IMG/VR virus record: IMGVR_UViG_3300037069_001724
Coordinates: 7,521 to 71,520 of that record
Reading direction: 5' to 3' (one strand)
Source of the DNA: a virus
DNA length: 64,000 nt
Shown here: positions 9,183-17,711 of the stretch, piece after piece
Layout of the letters: each line of letters opens with the position of its first letter
Position numbering within the stretch: the stretch's first letter is position 1
Program-made: the position numbers and the translations under genes
Notes under the pieces: model-generated
The model's input: only the letters and a program-made list of their open reading frames with translations
What the model was told of the DNA's origin: nothing
The model's database searches: none

Positions 9183-10171
9183 CACGCCATCTCCCTCTCC
9201 AGCTTGACCTGCGCCGACTTCATCTGCTCCAGCAGCAGCCCGTGATAATTGCCGCGTATCCACTGCCTGCGCTGCTCCAGGCCGTGCTTGTCCCTGTCCA
9301 CCATGAACTTGGCCACGTCGCGGGCCTTCTCCACGACCCACGGCGCGGGATCGTAGCCCGCCTTGCGCAGCATGGGACCGCACTCCTGCTGAAACACCAT
9401 GGGCAGGCCGGCGCTCAGCATCTCGTAGAACCGATTGGCCGGGCTGTGAAAGTTCTCGCTGGATTTGCGGTCCTCGATGTAGAGGCCGAGACCGTTGGTG
9501 CCCAGCACGTTGTAGAAGTTGTCCAGTATCGGTCCGACGTGCGTGCACTTGGGATATCGCTCGGCGAACTGCTTCGCCGGGCTGCTGATGGTGGTCGCCA
9601 CCGTCGGCTCCGCGAAGTAGCGGTCGAACAGCGGCACGCGACTGGACTTGCCGGAGCCGTCGCGATACGACCCGTAGTACAGCAGCGTCTTGCTCGCGCT
9701 GCTGCCGCGCCGCTGCGTGATCCTCTTCTCGCTGAAGTCCTTGTCGAAGGTCAGCATGTTCCAGTTCACGTACGAGCTGCCCTTTCGCTGAGACCACTCC
9801 TCGCACGTCGACCAGAAGTCCATGTGCGGCTTGCCGGCCTCGTGCCTCTCGCGGAACGCCGCGCGGAACGGACTGATGCCCTCGCTCTCGATCTTCGGCG
9901 GAATGATGCTGTAGTCGTTCTGTATCCAGACGATGCGACGCGCGGTCTTCACCAGCGCCGCGAGTTCCGGCAGACACTTGCAGAAGCCATACGCCCCGTT
10001 GACGATGTAGAGAACGTCCAGCTCGGCACCGTCGTACTGTCGAATATTCTGGTAGTCGACCTCCGGCAGCTTGAGATGCGCCGCCACGTACTTGAGAATG
10101 CGAATACTCGCGACCATGCTGTTGTCGCTGATCCGCACGAACGAGAACACGATGCTATTGGCTCTTGGCAT
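9182..10171 (-). CDS. GT-B glycosyltransferase resembling T4 DNA beta-glucosyltransferase
   Basis: DVLYIVNG, LLYYGSYRDG, LYIEDRKSSENFHSPANRFYEMLSAGLPMVF resemble T4 BGT segments as recalled (IYGGSFRSG; IIGDKNYNDNFITLRVWETMAS). Confidence 0.7.
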   Translation of the reverse strand: MPRANSIVFSFVRISDNSMVASIRILKYVAAHLKLPEVDYQNIRQYDGAELDVLYIVNGAYGFCKCLPELAALVKTARRIVWIQNDYSIIPPKIESEGISPFRAAFRERHEAGKPHMDFWSTCEEWSQRKGSSYVNWNMLTFDKDFSEKRITQRRGSSASKTLLYYGSYRDGSGKSSRVPLFDRYFAEPTVATTISSPAKQFAERYPKCTHVGPILDNFYNVLGTNGLGLYIEDRKSSENFHSPANRFYEMLSAGLPMVFQQECGPMLRKAGYDPAPWVVEKARDVAKFMVDRDKHGLEQRRQWIRGNYHGLLLEQMKSAQVKLEREMA

Positions 10172-10391
10172 TTTCAATCTCCCTCAGGCGTGTCAGAACG
10201 CCGCGTTTCCTGTCTAGCTCGCCTCTGACGAACTCGCGTATCTTGGCTAGGCGATTGTAGCGCTCCTCCGCCTCGACCATCGTCTCGCGCGCTCTCTGCT
10301 CCTCTCTCATCACGGCGCTGGCCAAGCCGTTCAGGCCGTCGATCTCCTCCACGATAGCCCTGATCGGGTTGAATGGTGTCGGCTCTGTCAT
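10155..10391 (-). CDS. small coiled-coil hypothetical protein
   Basis: MTEPTPFNP..., 78 aa, ATGA overlap with upstream gene. Confidence 0.55.
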   Translation of the reverse strand: MTEPTPFNPIRAIVEEIDGLNGLASAVMREEQRARETMVEAEERYNRLAKIREFVRGELDRKRGVLTRLREIENAKSQ

Positions 10392-11344
10392 CGGTAGACC
10401 CCTCTCGGCTTGCCCTCGCCAAGCCTGACGCGCTCGTACTTGTCGAACTCGCAGAGCGTATGCTCCACCTCGCGCATTTCCCACGCCGGCCATTTATTCT
10501 CAATTTCCCTGCGATGTCTCTCGTCAAACGAACCATCGCCGCACGAGGCCGTATCTGCATGTGGCCACATTCTAGCATCCCTCGAGATCTCTAGCAACGC
10601 GCGCATCTCTTCTATGAGACCATCCCTGCCGACAGTGTGATCCTTCACCTTGCGCTCGTGCACGCGGTTCAACCCACGCCGCGCCCCCGGTCCCGGGTTC
10701 GCCCAAGTCAATATATCGGGGGCGCCTCCGAGAAGCGTGGTGTGACGCAGGTCGGTCACGATCTCGTACGAGTGGAACGGCCCGAAGTAGTCGTTACGCT
10801 TGAACCAGTCCCAGGCAATCTCCAGTGAGGAGTGTCCGTCCATCTTACTCATGTAGTTTGCCTCGACCTGCCAGCCAGACTTCTTATTGAACGTGTCGAT
10901 GATCTTGAGCATCCCGTCCAGCTTGTTCATTCCCGGCGGACTGCTGATGATGTAGGCCCCGGTGACGTATGGTCCGTTCCCGCAGTTCGCCAGTATCGCA
11001 CGCTTGAGAACAGCCACCTTGCCCGTCTCCATGTACTGAGCCCACGCGCTCTCGTACTCGATGTCGGCTTGGTTCCAGATGGCCTCGCCCACCGATATGC
11101 GGTTCAGCAGCCGAAAGACCACGGTCGCCAGCATCACCTCGTCGGTGTTACGCATCGGATCGCGGACGTTCTTCCTGAACCAGACGGTTGTCTTGTCTAA
11201 TTCTCTATAGATATTTGTAAAGCGATATTGGTTGAGAATTGGATCTTTAGACCATGGTCTTGGTTTCCCCGCTGTTCTATCAAGATATATTTGATGACGC
11301 GCCCGCGCGTACCGGAAGAAAGCATTGGTGCCACGACTGGTCAT
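10388..11344 (-). CDS. alpha-glutamyl/putrescinyl thymine pyrophosphorylase clade 1 (5-hmdU DNA kinase helical domain) protein
   Basis: ARHQIYLDR..G.PRPWSKDPILNQYRFTNIYRELDKTT, TGAYII, GPFHSYEIVTDL, NPGPGARRGL, EVEHTLCEFDKYER. Confidence 0.9.
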   Translation of the reverse strand: MTSRGTNAFFRYARARHQIYLDRTAGKPRPWSKDPILNQYRFTNIYRELDKTTVWFRKNVRDPMRNTDEVMLATVVFRLLNRISVGEAIWNQADIEYESAWAQYMETGKVAVLKRAILANCGNGPYVTGAYIISSPPGMNKLDGMLKIIDTFNKKSGWQVEANYMSKMDGHSSLEIAWDWFKRNDYFGPFHSYEIVTDLRHTTLLGGAPDILTWANPGPGARRGLNRVHERKVKDHTVGRDGLIEEMRALLEISRDARMWPHADTASCGDGSFDERHRREIENKWPAWEMREVEHTLCEFDKYERVRLGEGKPRGVYR

Positions 11345-11619
11345 TTCAATCTCCACACGCCGGGCACCACCAAGCGAAACAGATCTTCTTGTCCGGTGTA
11401 CCACTCCTGCTCACGGCTGTGACGCTGCAACGTGCATCGAACGGTGCTGGTCGCTGTCTTCGGCCAACTGCGACCCTTCGACTTGCGAAGCTTCTCCATC
11501 TTATCGTATATAGATGGAAGGCTAATCTCCTTGCCAGTCTTGAGAACAGTGACCAAGTCAGCAGTCCAGTCGCCACTAACAGTGTCGACCGTTTCTTCAC
11601 CAGTGAACATGTCTCTCAT
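11341..11619 (-). CDS. small winged-helix-like DNA-binding protein
   Basis: ISLPSIY...STVRCTLQRHS...GQEDLF..VVPGVWRL pattern; ATGA overlaps at both ends. Confidence 0.55.
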   Translation of the reverse strand: MRDMFTGEETVDTVSGDWTADLVTVLKTGKEISLPSIYDKMEKLRKSKGRSWPKTATSTVRCTLQRHSREQEWYTGQEDLFRLVVPGVWRLK

Positions 11620-12161
11620 TTTCCCCTCCTCAGTCTCTTGTGTGCCATCTGGACGCACTTCGCCTGATGCTCCGCGTCGTCCAGGGCGTTGTGGTAGGTT
11701 CCTATTCTCTTGATCGCGTTGTAGTTCAGTCCCGCCATGGCGTACGCGGTGCGAGTGTCCCGCGCATTGTAGAACTTCCACGGCGGCGACCTGCCCACGG
11801 CCCGACAGGCCGCGTCCCACAGAACGCCGTCGAAGTTGCTGCCCTGCGACCACACGAAGAAGCCGGCATTCTTGTTGAACCAGCGCTCGAAGTCCCGAAC
11901 CGCCGTGTCGAGGCTGACGGGCTTCAGTAGCAACGACTCCTGCGCCGCTGGTGACTGCTTCGCCCACCAGTCCAGCGTACCAAGATCCATCGACAGGCCG
12001 GCCTCCGCGCTCGAGACGTGCGTGATGTTTCGGTAGAACTTCGACCCCACCGCGTCGGAGTCGGCGTCGAACATGACGGCCCCGACGCTGCGGACGATGG
12101 AGCCGACCGACGTTCCGAACGTCTCGAGATCTATCATGCAGTCGTTGCAGTCTACAACCAT
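11616..12161 (-). CDS. DEDDh 3'-5' exonuclease (Rv2179c/exonuclease VIII-like)
   Basis: MIDLETFG, VWSQGSNFD, PWKFYNARDTRT, HNALDDAEHQA. Confidence 0.9.
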   Translation of the reverse strand: MVVDCNDCMIDLETFGTSVGSIVRSVGAVMFDADSDAVGSKFYRNITHVSSAEAGLSMDLGTLDWWAKQSPAAQESLLLKPVSLDTAVRDFERWFNKNAGFFVWSQGSNFDGVLWDAACRAVGRSPPWKFYNARDTRTAYAMAGLNYNAIKRIGTYHNALDDAEHQAKCVQMAHKRLRRGK

Positions 12162-13681
12162 GGACAGTACCTCCCGCTTCGGTCCGGGTCCACCAGCGTC
12201 AGGCGGTCCCGCGCTCTGGTGACTCCGACGTACCAAACGCGCCGCTCGTCGTCCGGATTGCGCGCCATCTCGTCGTGAGTGCGCAGCGCCATGTCTGTCA
12301 TCAGCACCACGTGATCAGCCTCGCCGCCCTTGGCGCTGTGTATGGTGGACACGCGAACGCGCGGCTTGCTGCGCAGCTTCTCGCCGTGGCGTAGCGCCGC
12401 CTGCATGTAGACTGTGTCCTCGCTAGGTATGCGGTCGAGGGCGTCGTACCACGGCTTCTCGAGGCTCGCTCGCAGACCACCGTCCCTCACGAGCTCGGCC
12501 GCTGTCACCAGCACGTCTCCGATCTCGCCGAACGACGGTAGCTTCTTGTGTCCGTGCTTGACTCCAGTGTTCGTCGACAGGAACTGATACATCTGTCGCG
12601 CCTCGTCCAGTCGCACCGGCTTGTCGCGCGTCAGACGCGTCCACGTCTCCGCCGCTCCCAGTCCGTCAAGGTTCAGGCTCGACTTGCCGTTGCTCATCTC
12701 GTACACGACGCCGATCCTTCGCAGCACCGGCTCGATGATCTTCTGAATGTACGAGTTGTTCCTGGCCAGCACGAGCACACTGTCTCTCGCCATGTCCGCG
12801 TCCACGAACTCATTTACGCGCCTGATGCCCCCCGCTCCACCCTCCCGCGCCCTCCACACCTTGGCGCGTCGATGCTTCACAGGCCCAATGACCTCGTTGG
12901 ACAGAAGCTGGACAGGCGGGGGGCAGCGGAAGGACTGGCCAAGTACGCGAACCTTGCCGTCCATGTCGATCATGTGTTCGACGTCGGCGCCTGACCATCT
13001 GTATATGGCCTGATCATCGTCGCCGGCCACGCAGACGCGACGAGCCTTCTTGGCCAGCTTCTCGAATACCCGCCACTGAAGTGCGCTGAAGTCCTGCATC
13101 TCGTCGCCGATGAGAACGTCCAGGGATATGCTGGCCGTGGACTTCACGAACTCAGACAGCGTGTCCGTGAAGTCCAGCAGACCGTTCTGCTTCTTGAAGT
13201 TGGCCAGTGCCTCGGCCACGCGCTTGACCTCCTTCCACGGCAGATTGTCGTCGAACTCGTCGAACTGACTCTTGAGCGGCACCATGCGCACGCGCGCCAT
13301 GTTCTCCATGAACAGAATACGGTCTCCGATCTCGAAGCCGCTGAGTATGCCGTCGTCCGACCATGCTCTGCCGGTGACGCGCAGACCAACGTAGTTTGCG
13401 AACTCGTTCATCTTCTCTCCGACCAGCATGTCACTGTTCCGCAGTCCCAGAACCCTGAAGCACATGCTGTGAAGCGTGCGAAACCACGGCAGCTTCTCCT
13501 TGCGGTCGAACTTGAACCGCTCGGCCGCGCGCTCCGCCGCCTCGTTGGCCGCCTTGACGGTGAACGAGAAGAAGCCGATGCGCGTCGGATCCGTCTGTCT
13601 CGCCAGCTCCTCGTCCACGATGTTCAGGAGCGTGGTGGTCTTGCCGGTGCCCGGTGGTCCTAGGTAGATCTCAGGATGCAT
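12152..13681 (-). CDS. UvrD/Rep-like superfamily 1 DNA helicase
   Basis: GPPGTGKTT, FRTLHS, DEMQD, AGDDDQAIY, QSFRCP, STIHSAKGGEAD, YVGVTRA. Confidence 0.92.
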   Translation of the reverse strand: MHPEIYLGPPGTGKTTTLLNIVDEELARQTDPTRIGFFSFTVKAANEAAERAAERFKFDRKEKLPWFRTLHSMCFRVLGLRNSDMLVGEKMNEFANYVGLRVTGRAWSDDGILSGFEIGDRILFMENMARVRMVPLKSQFDEFDDNLPWKEVKRVAEALANFKKQNGLLDFTDTLSEFVKSTASISLDVLIGDEMQDFSALQWRVFEKLAKKARRVCVAGDDDQAIYRWSGADVEHMIDMDGKVRVLGQSFRCPPPVQLLSNEVIGPVKHRRAKVWRAREGGAGGIRRVNEFVDADMARDSVLVLARNNSYIQKIIEPVLRRIGVVYEMSNGKSSLNLDGLGAAETWTRLTRDKPVRLDEARQMYQFLSTNTGVKHGHKKLPSFGEIGDVLVTAAELVRDGGLRASLEKPWYDALDRIPSEDTVYMQAALRHGEKLRSKPRVRVSTIHSAKGGEADHVVLMTDMALRTHDEMARNPDDERRVWYVGVTRARDRLTLVDPDRSGRYCPWL

Positions 13682-13682
13682 G

Positions 13683-13844
13683 TCAGTCTCCATCATCCAT
13701 GAGAGCGTCATCTACACCCTTTTCATGACACTCCCACATAGCTTGTTCAATATCCTTTGCCAAACTCTCTGTGGGGATATTTTTAACGACCGAGTCCATG
13801 ACACTCACAGTGTAGGTGCCGTCCATCTCTTTCCTGTAGTTCAT
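13683..13844 (-). CDS. hypothetical protein (53 aa)
   Basis: MNYRKEMDG... with GGAG RBS. Confidence 0.45.
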   Translation of the reverse strand: MNYRKEMDGTYTVSVMDSVVKNIPTESLAKDIEQAMWECHEKGVDDALMDDGD

Positions 13845-13845
13845 C

Positions 13846-14061
13846 TCAGTCTCCCAGCTTCTTGGCGCAGTCGGGGCAGGCGGCCATCCACTCGTTGATG
13901 CCGTTGCGATACGTCGCGTAGAACGACCATCCCATAGCCTTGGCCTCGTCGCGCGTCTCCTTGAACTTGGCGTCGCCCGCGCTGTAGTTTCTGTTGCAGT
14001 GCCGACCGCCGACACCGTCGCAGTTGAAAACCAGCTCACCGTCCAGCATCTCGTGGCTCAT
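13846..14061 (-). CDS. small zinc-finger-like protein
   Basis: CDG....C and CPDC cysteine pairs; ATGA overlap. Confidence 0.55.
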   Translation of the reverse strand: MSHEMLDGELVFNCDGVGGRHCNRNYSAGDAKFKETRDEAKAMGWSFYATYRNGINEWMAACPDCAKKLGD

Positions 14062-15623
14062 ATCTTCGACTCCTTGATCTTAGGTGGTGGAATGTCCGGT
14101 CCCTCCTTGAACGACTTGCTCGGAACCCACCAGCAGTAGATGCACGATCCCTTGATATGCTGCTGACCTGCCTCGCCGCCCAGCCGCTTGATGCGAACCG
14201 TGATCTGGCCCTGCTTGAGGTCCTTGACGCCCTCGCGCTCCAGGAACTTCTCGAACGAGTTGAGCCTGAAGTAGTGCCGCCCCTCCTCCTCGTCCTCCCA
14301 CGGCCTTCCAGAAAGCAGATCCTCGCGAGACTCGCCGCGCTGCCGATTTGTCAGATACTCGTGCAGGAGCTCCTTGAACCGCCCCCCGATCTGAATGTCC
14401 GGGGGCACCGGAATGGGCGTGCAGTTGATCAGCGCGTCGTTCAGTACAGCGAACCACTCCTTCTTCGTCAGCGGCATGAACGACTTGTTGAGGTTCTCGA
14501 TGCAGAGCCTGTGGAAGTCGTCGTAGTTGTGAAGCTGACGCGAGTCGCACTGTATGCTCTCGGTCTCGCCGTCCAGCGACACGAAGAATATGGCCGGCTC
14601 CGTGGCCATCTTGCTCATGGTCGTGATATGCGGATAGGTGCCAGCCGCTCCGACACCGTGCTTGCGTATGCGGCACTTCACCGCGTCGCAGTGGCTCTCC
14701 ATCGGCTGGTCCTTGCACTTGTACTGATAGTCCCTGCGGTCCAGCGACTTGATGACACCGGCCACGCCGTCCGACGGATGCGGCGGCTTGCAGTATTTCT
14801 GGTTCGCCTCCTCCAGCCTCTCCTTCCAGCTCTCTGGACTCGCCTTCTTGAAGTAGACGCCCATGTGAAACAGCGCGTTGTTCTGGCCGCCCTGAGCTAT
14901 GCCCGCCGCCGCCAGATGCTCGAGACACGGTGGACCGTCCGAGAACGGAGATCGCACCTTGCTTGCCTTCTTCGCCTTGGGCGCTGTCAGCACTGCGGGG
15001 TCTATGGCCGCCTCCTCGCAGGCCGTGCAAAACTCCACGACGGTCATGTCGGCGCCGGTCCGCTTGATGCCGTGCTGCCACTTCAGCAGGTTCTTGTACG
15101 TGTCGCCGTAGTACGGCATCACCATCCAGCTACCGCGCTCCCCTCTGGATACCATCAGCTTGGTCTGCTTCGGAAAGATCTCGGACTTGGCGAAGCCGAT
15201 GCTGGCGGCCACGTCCCTTAGATATGCCTGAAGTATCGCTGCCGGAACCGGCTTCCTAAAGAATATGAACAGATGCAGGCCGCCGGACTTGCTGCGGCAG
15301 ACCACGAGTGGCAGCTTGGAGTCCTCGATCCTCTTGATGATCTCGAGCGGGTCGAGGTCGCCGTCGTACTCGTCCACGTCGATGCTGCCCCACTTGCACA
15401 GTCCCTGCTCGTCGTCCTGGATCGGCGCGATGCCCAGCGGCGTCTTGCCGTCGAGATGCTTCTTCCAGAGCTCCGGGGTCGTCGGTCCCAGGACTGTCTT
15501 CGCGGTGGTCTTGATGGCGGCCTTGCCGGTGGTGTGATCATATACTGGTAGTCCGTGCGTTCCGTAGCTCGACTGGTTCCCCTCGAAGAGAGCCATGATG
15601 CGCTCGAGTGCAGTTGGTGACAT
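14058..15623 (-). CDS. AEP-family DNA primase/primase-polymerase with PriCT-like and Cys-rich region
   Basis: WGSIDVDEY, RSKSGGLHLF, EIFPKQ, MPY; GPPCL..GGQNNALF; C..PM..HC...C. Confidence 0.8.
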   Translation of the reverse strand: MSPTALERIMALFEGNQSSYGTHGLPVYDHTTGKAAIKTTAKTVLGPTTPELWKKHLDGKTPLGIAPIQDDEQGLCKWGSIDVDEYDGDLDPLEIIKRIEDSKLPLVVCRSKSGGLHLFIFFRKPVPAAILQAYLRDVAASIGFAKSEIFPKQTKLMVSRGERGSWMVMPYYGDTYKNLLKWQHGIKRTGADMTVVEFCTACEEAAIDPAVLTAPKAKKASKVRSPFSDGPPCLEHLAAAGIAQGGQNNALFHMGVYFKKASPESWKERLEEANQKYCKPPHPSDGVAGVIKSLDRRDYQYKCKDQPMESHCDAVKCRIRKHGVGAAGTYPHITTMSKMATEPAIFFVSLDGETESIQCDSRQLHNYDDFHRLCIENLNKSFMPLTKKEWFAVLNDALINCTPIPVPPDIQIGGRFKELLHEYLTNRQRGESREDLLSGRPWEDEEEGRHYFRLNSFEKFLEREGVKDLKQGQITVRIKRLGGEAGQQHIKGSCIYCWWVPSKSFKEGPDIPPPKIKESKI

Positions 15624-15686
15624 CGTGGTCGCAGCCCCGCCGTGCAGAAGTTCGGGGCGCCCCGATGCTGGAGCGCCCCGCCGCGA

Positions 15687-16565
15687 CTAGATGTTGCCGT
15701 GGTCGCGCCTGCCGCCTCCGCTCGGCAGACTCTCGTCCTCCGGCTCCTCTGCTCGGATGGCGCCGCTCGAGAAGTCGCGGTTCACCTTGCGGCCCTGAGC
15801 TATGAGCTCGGAGGACGCCATCGCCGGCACACTCGCCCCGTCCTCCTCGCCAGCGTCCTCGATATTCCACATGTACCAGTCACCGTCGTCGTTACTGCGG
15901 AAGATCGTCTTGGCGCGATAGAGATAGCCGTAGCTCGGTGCCGTCTTGCCGCTGGGAAGCACCTTGCTGTTGATCAATCCCATCCAGTTCTTGCTGGCGC
16001 TGTGATTGCTGCCGGACATCGAGATAACGAAGCCGCCCTTGGACGTCATGGTCTCCTCGTCGATCAGCAGAACTACGTGCACGCGGGACTGGTTCACGAT
16101 GTTCTCGCCGAGCGCCCAGAAGCTCTTGCCCTTGGCGTCCGTCTTCTGCACTGCACCCCTCGGCGGCTCGCGACTGTCGTCCGGAGTGACGTGACGCGTC
16201 ACGAAGCCGCCGCGATTGGGCTTCCACTCCACCCACTCCTTGCCGAAGTAGCACGGCAATACGAGTATGCCGGCGCCATCCTCGCCACCCTCGAACAGCG
16301 TCTTGGTGCCGCGCAGCCAGATGCTGCCGCCCTCCGCGCCCTTGATGTACTTCTCCTTGTTGCCCTTGATCGCCTGCGGGGACTGAGCCTGAAGAATGTA
16401 GATGTACGGAATGACGTTGTCTTCGGCGCGTGTCGACACGCCGGCGCCGGCGTCCTCCTCCATAAGCGCCAGCGCGTTGGCGTTGGTGTTGGCGTCCTTC
16501 ATCACCTTGGCTACCGCCCTGCTCTCCGGCACCTTGGTCGTAGTCTTAGTTGCCTGCTTTGCCAC
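15687..16565 (-). CDS. putative ssDNA-binding/recombination protein
   Basis: IPYIYILQAQSPQ, WVEWKP..GGFV, acidic tail; position in replication operon. Confidence 0.6.
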   Translation of the reverse strand: MAKQATKTTTKVPESRAVAKVMKDANTNANALALMEEDAGAGVSTRAEDNVIPYIYILQAQSPQAIKGNKEKYIKGAEGGSIWLRGTKTLFEGGEDGAGILVLPCYFGKEWVEWKPNRGGFVTRHVTPDDSREPPRGAVQKTDAKGKSFWALGENIVNQSRVHVVLLIDEETMTSKGGFVISMSGSNHSASKNWMGLINSKVLPSGKTAPSYGYLYRAKTIFRSNDDGDWYMWNIEDAGEEDGASVPAMASSELIAQGRKVNRDFSSGAIRAEEPEDESLPSGGGRRDHGNI

Positions 16566-17178
16566 TTGTCTTCTCCTTTATGACGATTGCGACGCGTCCG
16601 ACGGTAGCTCCCAGCATCTCAAGAGGCGGCGTCTTTTTCTTCTTGATCTGCTCCTTGACGAACGCCGTCAAGGTATTCCAGGGAATTCCATACTCGCTGC
16701 TGTAGTCGATCCCAGACTTCTTCAGAAACGCCAGCAGCGCCCTCTGCGCCTTCTGCGTTCCCTTGCCCAGATGCACGGTCACGGTGTTGCGCAGCATGTC
16801 GCCGTGTCCGTTCTTTTCGAACCACGCATACGCCCGCTCCCGGCGCTCCGGCTCCCAGTCCGCCGCGATGTTCGCGCGCACGTATGGCTTGATCTCGATG
16901 TCGTACGGTGGCAGATTGCCGTGAGCCTCGACCCCTAGGCTGGTGATACCGGCGCCGTCGAACATGTCCACCAGTGTCTTCTCCTTGAGAAAACGCACTC
17001 GCTCCTTGGTTATCTTGAGACGCTCCTCCATCGAGGCTATCTCGAACTCCAGCGAGCGTAGCTCCTTGATCTCGTCGCGTATCTTCTCGAGCGTTGGAGC
17101 CACTCGCTCCTGCTGCTCGGTGGCCATTGCCTCGAGCATGCTGATCGTCGCCTGTGATGTCGGCCTGGATTGTCTCAC
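16546..17178 (-). CDS. conserved phage replication-operon coiled-coil protein
   Basis: AYAWFEKNGHGDMLRN, IPWNTLTAFVKEQ motifs; GTG start after GGGGAGG. Confidence 0.6.
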   Translation of the reverse strand: MRQSRPTSQATISMLEAMATEQQERVAPTLEKIRDEIKELRSLEFEIASMEERLKITKERVRFLKEKTLVDMFDGAGITSLGVEAHGNLPPYDIEIKPYVRANIAADWEPERRERAYAWFEKNGHGDMLRNTVTVHLGKGTQKAQRALLAFLKKSGIDYSSEYGIPWNTLTAFVKEQIKKKKTPPLEMLGATVGRVAIVIKEKTSGKAGN

Positions 17179-17262
17179 GATTGCCTCCCCGTGCGTGGGA
17201 CACCAAGCATGGCTCACGTAAAAGTCAACAGCAAGTGGTTTGTGTCACTGTGCACAGCCCGC

Positions 17263-17299
17263 AAAAGGCCCCGTCGAACGCTCAGCACTCGACGGGGCC
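17263..17299 (-). terminator. rho-independent terminator-like hairpin
   Basis: Perfect 11-bp stem GGCCCCGTCGA/TCGACGGGGCC followed by TTTT on the minus strand. Confidence 0.55.
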
Positions 17300-17467
17300 A
17301 GTGGTCCATGCGGTGCAGCCACTCTGCACAGGGAGGTCGCACCGCGTCTCGGCTGGAGCCAACCACGGAAACCAGCCGCAAGTATTCTGCATCAGGGCGG
17401 GGGCGATGGCAAGGTGACAATCAGCGATATAATAATTTTGCTAATACGCGCGCACGCCTTGAGCGTG

Positions 17468-17522
17468 GCTGCACGAGCGCGCGTGAGGGGTTATAATCTT
17501 ATAATCTTATATGTGTGCGCGC
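17468..17522. repeat. dispersed repeat copy 1 (core GGGTTATAATCTTATAATCTTATATGT)
   Basis: 27-bp core 17488-17514 identical to 58092-58118; flanks similar. Confidence 0.85.
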
Positions 17523-17529
17523 ATGTAGC

Positions 17530-17614
17530 TGAAAACATTGGGCTTTCACCCATAGGATTTTTCAGGTGTGATCCTATACCGCTAGTGGGAATTTGTTGAA
17601 AACATTGGGCTTTC
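17530..17614. repeat. 18-bp direct repeat pair TGAAAACATTGGGCTTTC
   Basis: Exact copies at 17530-17547 and 17597-17614 in an AT-rich intergenic region. Confidence 0.8.
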
Positions 17615-17654
17615 TTGCCTGCCTAATTCCAGACACAAACGCAAAACGCGACAC

Positions 17655-17683
17655 TTGCCAGTGCCCCCGGTCACCCGCACAAT
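17655..17683 (+). promoter_or_regulatory. putative promoter for SNF2 helicase
   Basis: TTGCCA-N17-CACAAT about 30 bp upstream of ATG. Confidence 0.4.
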
Positions 17684-17711
17684 TGGTCTAACCAGCAGCG
17701 CGGGAACAGTC

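Noticed and set aside
8151-9977. 608-aa radical SAM fusion suggested by the ORF track
   Set aside because: The N-terminal 265 aa is an alternative frame over the glycosyltransferase; the real start is at 9182. Similar over-extensions were trimmed for the TS homolog, HD, UDG-like and 50017-51366 ORFs
17468-17614. Possible mini-CRISPR array
   Set aside because: Only two 18-bp repeats with a 49-bp spacer, not palindromic, no cas genes
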